Assembly: GCA_040954595.2 (NCBI GenBank)
Contig: CM082590.2
Location: 6,944,001 to 7,008,000, forward strand
From: Balanoglossus misakiensis
Lineage: Eukaryota > Animalia > Hemichordata
DNA: 64,000 bases
Direction of reading: 5' to 3'
Shown here: positions 34,618-45,144 of the stretch, one piece after another
How the letters are laid out: each line of letters opens with the position of its first letter
How positions within the stretch are numbered: the stretch's first letter is position 1
The notes under the pieces: model-generated
What the model was told of the DNA's origin: nothing
Databases searched by the model: none
Seen by the model: only the letters and a program-made list of their open reading frames with translations
Translations under genes and position numbers: made by a program

Positions 34618-36846
34618 ATGGCAGCCAAAGAGTCCAAGTTCTTGGCGGAAATCGACACTAATTTTCTCTCCTGTACTATCTGCTCGGAGCGATACAAGAA
34701 TGCTAAACAGCTACCGTGTCTGCACAGCTTCTGCGAGCCGTGTCTGGGGAAGCTGGCAGAGAAAAGTAGCGTCATAGCCTGTCCAATATGTCGGCGTTCA
34801 TACCAACTTCCTGATAGTGGCGTGGCAGGTATCGGTGGCAATGCATTCGTCAACGAATTGGTGGAAGTGTTTAGAAAACGCGAAGAGGGAACCAACAGGT
34901 CCAGAAAATGCGAGAGCTGTGATCAGAATGAGATTACAAATCATTGCATCGAGTGTGATGTTAATATGTGCAGTAACTGCACTGTTCCACATTCTCGCTT
35001 GAAGGTGACAAAATCACACCGTCTGATGACCTTGGAAGAGTTCGAGTCTGCAAAGTCCGCTGACCTCGCTTCAGTTCAGCCACCGATCTACTGTTCTGCT
35101 CACCCTAACAACGAAGTCAAATTCTACTGCGACACGTGTGAGGTAGCGATCTGTCTGGAATGCACGGCTATAGATCATCCAATCACTGAGCATAAATACA
35201 GATACTTGAAAGACGCAGCCACTGAATACTGCAAAGATCTGACAGAAGTCATCGACAAAGTGAAAGTGAAAGAAGACGAAGCCAGCCACAGCAAAGCCGT
35301 AGTCACGGAGACGGCCGAATCTCTCGACAGCTGTTATCAGACAGAGAACAAGAAAATGAAAGGACACATCCAGAAAACAATCGATGACTTCACTCGCATG
35401 ATTCGTGAAAATGGTGACAAACTTCTTGGAGAGCTGAAAGATGAATACGATAGAAGGAAAGTCAACTTAAATGCACAACTGAAAGAACTGGAGTTTGCAG
35501 AGAGTGACATGTCAAATGCAAGAGAGTATGCTGAGAAACTGATGCATTTTGGGAATGCAGCGCAGTTGATGTCAGCCAGGAAAGGGATTGCCACTCAAAT
35601 GAAAGAATTGCTGAGAATGGAGACGAAAATTGACCCGACTGAGACTGGCTACATGGAGTTCAAACCATGTGATGATTTCTGTAGAACAAAAACTGTGGGT
35701 GTAATATCCACATCAAATCCTGTACCAGCTGATAACTACAGTCTGGTTGATGTTCCCGAATTTGCGAGAGTTGATGAAGATATCACCATCACCCTAGCAA
35801 CAGAGGTCAAGCAGAGAAAAACATCGCACGAAAAAGTAAAAGTAGAGGCAGTCTTGAAGAAACCAGACGACAGCCAAGAAGACATGGAAACAACAAATAA
35901 TGGTGATGGAACATGGAGTTTGAAAACCCGTGCCAAGATGACAGGAAATCATGAAGTCTCAGTGTCGGTATCCAAGAAACCAGTCAAAGGGTCACCAGTT
36001 ACAATCAATGTTATTCCACAGAAAGGTTTGATTTGTAAATTTGGTCAGAAAGGGTCAGGAGTGGGACAGTTGAAAGATCCAAGGGGAGTCATGGCAACCA
36101 GGGGTGGCAATGTTAGGGTGTGTGAGTATGGTAATAATAGATTACAGACATTCACACAACATGGCCAACATAGATGTACAACCACGTTCAGTAATATTTC
36201 AACCAAAGTTAGTCCACGGTTTTCAGCTGCATCAGAGGATGGAAGTATCTTTACTACTGATTACAGTGGTAAGCAAGTAATCGTGCATGATGAGAATGGT
36301 AGAGTGATGCGTTGTTTCGGCAAAGGTGTGATTGAATACCCGCTCGGAATTGCGATACATCCTGTCAATGGGAGGGTCTATGTTGTCGATCATGGGGGTC
36401 ACTGTGTACACATCTACAACCAAAATGGTGATCATTACAAGTCTTTTGGCACTAAAGGGCAAAGTCAAGGTCAGATGTCCTTCCCTATAGGCATCAGTAT
36501 TGATGCTGCAGGGAAAGTGTTTGTATCAGATGGAGGCAATCACCGTATTCAAGTGTTTGATGCTGAGGGTGGATATCTGTACAGCTTTGGAAGTCAAGGG
36601 TCAGGTGATAATCAGATGAGTCGCCCCTGGGGGATATCACATGACAGTGATGGCAACGTGTATGTGTGTGATTGGAATAATAACAGAGTGATGAAGTATG
36701 AGTCAGATGGTCAATTCATTGGTCGCATTGACAGTGATGATAATAGAGTAGAATCTCCAGCAGGTATCTGTGTGACCGATGACAAGCCATTTGGCAATGT
36801 TATTGTGTCTAGTCTGTTCGGATATGTGAAGGTGTTTGCTCAGTGA
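34618..36846 (+). CDS. TRIM-NHL protein, array copy 7 (742 aa)
   Basis: Intact ORF, same architecture; last copy of the array. Confidence 0.95.
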   Translation: MAAKESKFLAEIDTNFLSCTICSERYKNAKQLPCLHSFCEPCLGKLAEKSSVIACPICRRSYQLPDSGVAGIGGNAFVNELVEVFRKREEGTNRSRKCESCDQNEITNHCIECDVNMCSNCTVPHSRLKVTKSHRLMTLEEFESAKSADLASVQPPIYCSAHPNNEVKFYCDTCEVAICLECTAIDHPITEHKYRYLKDAATEYCKDLTEVIDKVKVKEDEASHSKAVVTETAESLDSCYQTENKKMKGHIQKTIDDFTRMIRENGDKLLGELKDEYDRRKVNLNAQLKELEFAESDMSNAREYAEKLMHFGNAAQLMSARKGIATQMKELLRMETKIDPTETGYMEFKPCDDFCRTKTVGVISTSNPVPADNYSLVDVPEFARVDEDITITLATEVKQRKTSHEKVKVEAVLKKPDDSQEDMETTNNGDGTWSLKTRAKMTGNHEVSVSVSKKPVKGSPVTINVIPQKGLICKFGQKGSGVGQLKDPRGVMATRGGNVRVCEYGNNRLQTFTQHGQHRCTTTFSNISTKVSPRFSAASEDGSIFTTDYSGKQVIVHDENGRVMRCFGKGVIEYPLGIAIHPVNGRVYVVDHGGHCVHIYNQNGDHYKSFGTKGQSQGQMSFPIGISIDAAGKVFVSDGGNHRIQVFDAEGGYLYSFGSQGSGDNQMSRPWGISHDSDGNVYVCDWNNNRVMKYESDGQFIGRIDSDDNRVESPAGICVTDDKPFGNVIVSSLFGYVKVFAQ

Positions 36847-37684
36847 AGTGAGAGTGAAGTGTGGAAGGAAATCAAAATGGCGAGACATGACAACAGAGAA
36901 CGCCCTCCTGAGTTTGTTTTGCAAACATAAAACCATAGCAAAACAAGAAAAACAAGTATCTACGTAAAATGCACTAATATAGCCGATAACATTGAATCAG
37001 TACATTATACTTAGTAACCATGGAGACCACAAACTCTAACCTTTATTGTTTTTTTATAGTTAATGTGTGATGACTTTTTACAAGTTAAACAGAACTAGAT
37101 CACAATGGAAAATAAAGCTTATAGTGACTTTTGAACACGAAAAGATAACATTAGTCTTCTGATAATGAAAACTCACTTAACCGCCAATTAGATATATCTG
37201 AGAGAAATTAATGTTGGCAGCTGTTTTTTTGGGTAAAATGTTTTGTGCGGGTTGTAACCTTTTTATATATCTCTTGATTCCTGTGAAAAATTGCATAATT
37301 TGTATATTTTACGGAGTTTGCTATATAAACAAGAATGTAGGCCTATGTTTGTTCAAAATTTGTAATTGTAACATTTTATAAATTTGAAACTGTATTATCC
37401 TACAAGTGATTTTATAATCAGTACATATATTTCCTACCTATTCGAATAACAGTACTAAACATGTAATATCTGTGATTTGATTATGTTTTGAAATTATGAT
37501 TTGTTAATTATTAAACATATTTGATTTTTAATCCAGAATATATTGTGTCAGTGAGTCACTACTAATGTGAATAGGAGCTGGTGTGGTTTAGAACAATTTC
37601 GGACTGATCAAAATTGCATTCTTGTAAGACACGTAGTCAGTGTTCGTGTCATTGGCAATTTTGAGACAATTTAGTGTGTGTGTG

Positions 37685-39096
37685 CAGGGCTCGAAATTCG
37701 TTTTTTTTCTTGGTAGCCTCAGTGGGCTACCATTTTCTAAAGTTGGTAGCCCAAGAGCAATAGCTGGTAGTCCACATAATACAATGATAAATCAATGTAC
37801 ATTGTATACTGCTACAAGTACGGTAGTAGGTCTATATCTGTTTGAGAACGTTGGTAAATTTTTAATATACATACTGCTATGGTGAACAATTATATTGTTG
37901 ATTGACACGTGTCAAAATGCACACGAGTCCGCGGCCGGTTGAACCCAGTGTTTTCTCCAGGATGTTGAGAGAAGGGGGAATGTCCCCCCTTAGTCCAAAA
38001 TTAAGGGGGATTTGGTCGAAGTAAATGTCACGAATGACAATTTTGAACGTTAACTTACTAACTGCCTTCATTCCATATTAAAAACAGTATTAGTAAATTA
38101 CAACATTTTACATGTGAACTTGACAACAAATTAACAGTTACAGTTTTTTCTTCTTAAAATTAGTAGGTTTTGCAGAGGAAGACACCAACTTGCATAACTT
38201 TCAGGGCATGTAATTTAAAAAAAGCCTGGAGAGCTGAAAATAACTCTCCTGAAATTAATTACACAAGTGGTAGGCGAGTGACTAACTGCTCCCCTGGCAA
38301 GGAGAGTGAAATGAATAAAATAAATGCAACTGCAAAAACAATAGTGTCTTTCTTTAATACTATACCTTGTAAAAAAATTCTTGTTTGATTTTAAAAGTTT
38401 CAGTTTTTTTAGCTGCCAAAATAATAGATTTTGAAACCATTATTATAGTGAAATAAATTGAAGTAGTATATATTCCTTCAGATTTCTGCCAACACTTCCC
38501 ATCTGTGGCTAAGCACACTACTCAAATGGACAGTCTCTGTACATATTGAATGACTTTCCTTCCAAACAAGGTCATGGAAAACTGAGATGAACGCAGTTCT
38601 TTTAATTTGCATAAAATTGTTACGTTCAGCCATCACTTGAGTGCAGAGTGTTTGCTCTAAATTTAGACGGTGTCCAGATAGGCTGTTCCAACAATTGCAC
38701 ACTATAGCCCTGGAGCTAAATTACACGTGAATGAATGTGAAAGTCATCTACAACATAGTTTTGGGGGGTGGGAAGTTAAAATGTATAGGCCAGCACGCAG
38801 TAATATCGGCCGTTTTCCCAGTGTTTTGACTGACTGTGCGTGCTATTGAGGCTTGGACGCGCATGTACTGGCCGGGTGGGCTGCTCACGAAGGGGCGATT
38901 GTCGCCCCTTGAACTTGTTACAAGGGGCGATTCAAGTGTAAAAGAGGGGGAATCGCGCGTCCTGGAGATCGAGAAAACACTGCTGGTTGTCGCACGCATG
39001 GTAGCCCAATCGGGCTACCACTGGTGTCAAATTGGTAGCCCGATCGCAAACATTGGTAGTCTGTGGACGCGGGGCTACCGCGAATTTCGAGCCCTG
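37685..39096. mobile_element. About 1.4-kb non-autonomous DNA transposon, hAT-like
   Basis: 16-bp TIRs CAGGGCTCGAAATTCG / CGAATTTCGAGCCCTG; subterminal GGTAGCCC/GGGCTACC motifs at both ends; absent from the paralogous site near 19510. TSD obscured by (TG)n. Confidence 0.82.
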
Positions 39097-39184
39097 GTGT
39101 GTGTGTGTGGGGGGGGGGGGGTCGGGCATGTATGTATGTATGTATGTAAGTATGTATGTATGTATATGAAGAAATTCAACTTAC

Positions 39185-39438
39185 TATGTCCCAGGAAGGT
39201 TCAAGTTCTGCTAACGCAATGTACATAAAGAAAGTTGCAAAGCCCTCTTTCAACCAAACGTCTTGCCACCACTTCATAGTTACAAGATTTCCAAACCACT
39301 GAAACAGAGAAGGGTTTAAAACGAAGCTTTAGTTGGAGTCACAGACACCTTGAGACTACTTGAATTCAATACAGTTTCACTTGGCCGATCGTTCCAACCA
39401 GTCAGACAGTCTGCAAGTCCGTTAGTCAACCAAGCACG

Positions 39439-39481
<43 letters not shown>

Positions 39482-39530
39482 CCAGCCAGCTAGCCAGCCA
39501 GCCAGCCAGCCAACCAGCCAGCCAGACAAC

Positions 39531-39561
<31 letters not shown>

Positions 39562-39618
39562 CCAGCCAGCTAGCCAGCCAGCCAGCCAGCCAACCAGCCA
39601 GACAACCAACCAACCAAC

Positions 39619-39653
<35 letters not shown>

Positions 39654-39710
39654 CCAGCCAGCTAGCCAGCCAGCCAACCAGCCAGCCAGACAACCAACCA
39701 ACCAACCAAC

Positions 39711-39741
<31 letters not shown>

Positions 39742-39802
39742 CCAGCCAGCTAGCCAGCCAGCCAGCCAGCCAACCAGCCAGACAACCAACCAACCAACCA
39801 AC

Positions 39803-39840
<38 letters not shown>

Positions 39841-41258
39841 GACATCTGAACTGCACATGCTCAACTTTTCTGTTGAGAAACACATCATCAGCATTGTTCC
39901 CACTGTTCAGAGAGACCCTGCCAATGGATACATTGTACATCAAAATAACTTGAAAAGTGATACAAAGTAACAATCACTTTGTTTGCAGTGATGTACATTG
40001 TAGCAGTTACACTTTGTGATTTCTTTGACTTGCTAGTTACCATGTCGTATGGGACACATACCGCAGTCGCAGACGGGACGATACCCACCCTTTAAACTTG
40101 TTACACGGACAAAGTCTCTCTCTCTCGCTGCCCTTTTTCCATTAAGTATGTTTGATACAAGACACTGTTTAATATGTTAATGTACATGTGGATACATAGT
40201 GAAATAACGTTCAACCAAACACAACTTCCATCCTACTTGTAGACATGAGGGTGAAAAAAACTCGCCAAAATGAATAATCGTTCTCTACCATTTATTCATT
40301 TTGGGCGAGTTTTTACTCTCATATCCTACAAACGGGATGAAAGTTGTGTGTGGTTGTGTCTCATTCACTATATATCCACATGTAGAATAACATAAACTGC
40401 GTCTTGTATCAAACATAATTAATGGAAAAAGGAGAGAGAGACTTTAATGTTATTCGACTAAAGGAGCTTATTGACGACAGTACGCCTTGTTCAATAAACA
40501 TGGAAAAGTACATATAGAAAAGAAACTTTGGAAGCATCCAACATTTCCCCAAGGATTGATCAGCTTACCATGTGGGAACATTCGTGTGCTGCTATTATTG
40601 CCGTATTGACTTCACTTTCCACGGATGGAGTTTGTGGATCGTACAGAGCCGATTTCTCAGAATATGTCACCAGTCCCCAGTTCTCCATGGCAGCGAATAA
40701 GTGGGTTGGCAAGGCAACGTGATCTGGAAGAGTACATAGTGATGAATTAATGTGAGTTGTGAGCTGTATTTTGTTGTGCTCTCTGTCTGTCTGTCTGTCT
40801 GCTTGTCACCCCTCCCATCCCCTCACCCTCCCTGCAATGGACACGGTCCTTATGGGTACAATTTTCAGGCTTCACTATAATATAACAATTAGCTTTTTAG
40901 CAAAAATCCTCCATATATGTTTCAAGATGTATTAAAAATACTCGTCCAGACATGTAAGGCCACATCGTGATTCTCTGACCTAGGGCCTACACCGATATTC
41001 GTCTGTATGCAAATATATAGTTCACCTACCCGATTTCAGAATCACCTCTCCCTGGTTGAAATACGATTCAAAGAATAGTAAACTGCGATCTGCTATGTCC
41101 AGCAACCAGTCCATTTGATCGATGACGTCAGAACGCGCCCACACTCGAACCTTTGTGTAAAAGAAATGGATATTCATGTACAATAAGAGACAAGGAATCT
41201 GTGACTACATAGATAGCCAAGTAGACACAGATATCTATCTATCTATCTGTCTCTCTCC

Positions 41259-41289
<31 letters not shown>

Positions 41290-42125
41290 CATGTATCTAT
41301 CTATCTGTTTACTATCTGTCTGTCCATCCATCTGTCCATCCTCATTGGATTTGCTCAACACTTTATTCAATTTCCGTGAATTTGGGGTAAATATTCTTGT
41401 CAATGGATAAATGACAAATTTTCATTACTAGGATGAGTAAAGGTATGTACCTCAAATCCATTGGGGCGTGTACGGTGATGTGAACGGTAGTCGCTGTTGA
41501 GAAGAGCAAATCCTGAGATGTATGTTGACATTTTGGGAGTGGTCTTACAGGTGTCTCTCTGCCAGCCACTTGATAGGATACCGCGGGTGTCTAATTCCAC
41601 CTGGGTGTTACACAGAGCTGTGTATGTCTCCGGGTGTTCTATAGTCACCAGGAAGACAGCTTTCATCCACGGTTCGTCGAAACATGGAAAGGCTTTCCGG
41701 GCAAACATTGGTGAGAACTGCGATGCAATTACTTTCCTGTGAAAACAAACAAACAAACAAGCAAACATTAAAGCAAGCAAGAAAGCAACAAACAAACAAA
41801 CGTTACGCGCCCCATGGACAGATCTTCAGAAAAGAATGATAGCCCTCCAAAACTTTATGTTGTACGATTACCTCAATTTGTATGGTGTGTACTCTTGTTT
41901 GGGTATTTTGCATAATTAAATTTGTTTTCAATAAATATCATTTACATTCAGTAGACTGAAGCAACCATATTTTCAGTGTTATATTATTTTTTATTTATTT
42001 CAACCATTGAATTTAGACCTACTACTAATTCGGTATAAGTGTAAAAACACTTACCATTGTTTACTGTGTCCATCCATGTATTCACTGATGTACAATCCTG
42101 TCATATCTCGCTTCAGTTGCCCCTG
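39185..42125 (-). pseudogene. M1-family aminopeptidase (TRHDE-like) gene fragment B, duplicate of fragment A
   Basis: Exons 42055-42125 (truncated), 41451-41736, 41030-41150, 40569-40723 and 39185-39298, with the same lengths (286/121/155/114 nt) and motifs as fragment A; similarity to A stops at about 42125. Confidence 0.85.
39439..39839. repeat. Compound (CAAT)/(CCAG)/(CCAA) microsatellite with higher-order units
   Basis: Seen directly. Confidence 0.95.
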
Positions 42126-42979
42126 TACGTACCTCTGTACGTGTATACCATATGACTGACCTTTGATCTTGTATTTTGTATTATTAGTTTTCACTGAACT
42201 GTATATCCAGAAAAGAGTTATATTTTCTACTTCACCAAAGAGTACAACTTTTCCACCAGATAAAAAAGCCGGTAAAATGCACCACAGTAAAACCAGTCTA
42301 AACCGAACCCTGTCTAATCTGGAAACCTGTCTATACCGAACACATTTTCTGGTCCCTTTCAAATAGAAGCACATGTTCAAAGAACCTCTATAAACCGGAC
42401 ACCTCTGCAAACCGAACAATTTCTTCAGTCCCTTTAGTGTCCGGTTTAGACAGGTTTTATAGTACTTAAAAAAAAAGTTAAAATTACGTCCATGGGACAG
42501 GATGTATAAAAATACTAGCAATCACACTCATCTGTACAAAAAAAAAAGCTACCAATGGCCAAGACCGCAAAGCCAACAGAACACACTGAACAAAGTCATA
42601 TCCACGATATACTAACTTGATGCCCAAATCTTATTCAGTGCATAAATATTGACCAAAGGAAACAGCCAATCTAGCTGTACAAAGGTCAAGGTAAACAGTA
42701 TGTGTACTGGCTGACAGTGGGCCTGGGATCAAAACAACCTCCACAGCACGCAAACTTTGTACTCAAAATGTAACAACCACCAGTGCGCCCAACCTTTTGT
42801 ACTCAAAATGTAGCTAATTTTGATCAATGAATATTGAACTAGACCTGTGTACCACACAGACTGAAAAGAGTTTCAATGTATGCGTCTAAAACACGCACTC
42901 CAATAAACGATACGCTGACCTCTGCCTAAGAGAGTATGAAGTCTATTTGATGGATTGGATGAGAGCCACACCAAGTTCA

Positions 42980-45113
42980 TCACCAGACTCTACCATCAGC
43001 GTATGCAGGATGGGCCTTCGCGTATTCGTGTCTTCGCTGGGATGTTTGGTACGCCGTCTCTAACAATGCTTTGTGTTCAGCACTGGCTAGTTTTTTCTCA
43101 TCTTGTCTTCGAATCATTTCGAGCCTGTGAAACAAAATTGTAGAAAAAGTGTCTGATTATGCAAACAAGAGGATTTGTTGTTGTTGCTAAACCTAAAATA
43201 AAGAAGAAAGCATGTTCACTGTTTTGTTTTGTTTTCATACGCATACTTTAAAGGGACAAAGTCTCTCTCTCGCTGCCTTTTTTTCATTAATTATATGACA
43301 GAACTTCATGACCTCTGCGCGCGATCTGTGCAATGTGGATTTTATTTTCATGAGTGAGAAGGTGTATTCTTCCGAGTATTTTTACGAGCGATAGCGAGTA
43401 AAAATGCAGAAGAATACACCTTCTCACGAGTGAAAATAACATCCATATTGCACAGATCGCGCGCAGAGGTCATGAAGTTCTGTTATTATTGCATATGTTT
43501 CCCCAGATTTGACGAAAATCAAAGTTTCGATCGTGGCATATTGATTTTCATTACAGTGATGCGCCAAAGGCTATGCAACCCAGAGAAGGCCGCTCATTGG
43601 CCAAAATAATGCAACCTTTGTTATGCAAAGAAGGGTCATGTGGGGTCATTCCAACAGTGGGTTACCTGAGGTCGTGAGAACGCAGCGATAAATTTTGAAA
43701 CACTGGCGATAGCGAGAGATTTTCGTAATTTTCGAGGTTCCAAAACACACTGACAACTAAATGTTCTGTTATTCTGACGATAGTTGGGAAGGATAATAAA
43801 ACAACGTGCCAGAATGTTGAAAAATCCGCATGTTTCGGCGATCATGTTGGCTCATTTCATCGGTGGTTTAGCTCAGGTCGCAAGATAGCATCGGCAATAT
43901 TTGAGAAACTGGCGATAGCGAGGGATATTCCGAGGTTCCCAAACATACTGCCAGTTAATGTTTTGTTATTCTGACAAAATTTGGGAAGGATAAGACAATG
44001 ACGTCTCCGAATGTTGAAAATTCCCCACGTTTCGGCGATCATACTCCAGCTCTGCCGACCGCGTTCAATGTTTACAAACAAAACGTAGTCCAGCTTGTTT
44101 TTACTCATTTGCATATGGGTTGTGAAAAATACCACTTTGTCACGCGCACAACTAAAACAACAATCGGCTTTTTTGCGACTGAAATAAAACTTTTGTTATA
44201 TCCTCCGGAGGTTTATATGAACTCCAAGTGATTGTCTAACAGAACGAGGGTTAAACTTTGAAAGATACGATCGATTGAAGGGGAAATGGGGGATCTTATT
44301 CTTCTGGATGCTCATTTGCATATGAGCTCGCAAAAATACCAGAATTATTATTGCACGGCCCGCTTGGAATACTGTGGTACATATGCAATAATGTTTGATA
44401 CAAGACCGATTTGTAGCATATGAGAGTAAAAAACTCACCAAAATGAATAAATGATAAACACTGATTATTCATTTTGGCGAGTTTCTCACTCTCATGTCTA
44501 CAAGCGGGATGGAAGTTGTATGTGGTCGAACATTGATTCACTATGTATCAACATGTAGAATAATATAAACGGTGTCTTGTATAAAATATAATTAATGGAA
44601 AAAGTGCAGCGAGAGAGAGACTTTGTCCCTTTAAATTTCCTCTAAGAGATAACGCAAGATTGGTGGCCATTTTGAATTTTAAAATTACGACAATTTAGTT
44701 CGCTTATTTAAAATCTTGGGGTGAAGGAGTATGGTGTACTGTTATGCAGCATTGTTTATATCATGTTTCATCACACTATAATTTCATCATTTTTACCTCG
44801 CCTTTTCCTCTGTTTGAGAGCCAGCAGATTCCAGCACGTTGGCCTTGATAGGGCAGATTGTAAATGACTGACCGTACAGTGTTGCCTGCAGAATAATAAT
44901 CATAAGTCAAATGACTTGTTCAAAAAATAATTGCTCCTGACATATCAATCAATCAATCAATCAATCAATCAGTCAGTCAGTCAGTCAGTCAGTCAGTCAG
45001 TCAATCAATCAATCAATCAATCAATTGATCAGTTGATCAACCAACCAACCAACCAACCAATCAATCAATGATCCAACCAACCAACCAACCAACCAACCAA
45101 CCAACCAACCAAC

Positions 45114-45144
<31 letters not shown>

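Larger units (their letters stand above)
1..37684 (+). repeat. Tandem gene array (unit = TRIM-NHL CDS + about 2.4-3.1 kb spacer); extends left of the window
   Basis: Spacer sequence recurs before and after each CDS; bases 1-900 match the post-stop spacer of the other copies (e.g. from about 32335). Interrupted at about 19.5-22.6 kb. Confidence 0.95.

Noticed and set aside
37685-39096. Autonomous transposase inside the hAT-like element
   Set aside because: Only short ORFs, with no recognisable transposase motifs.
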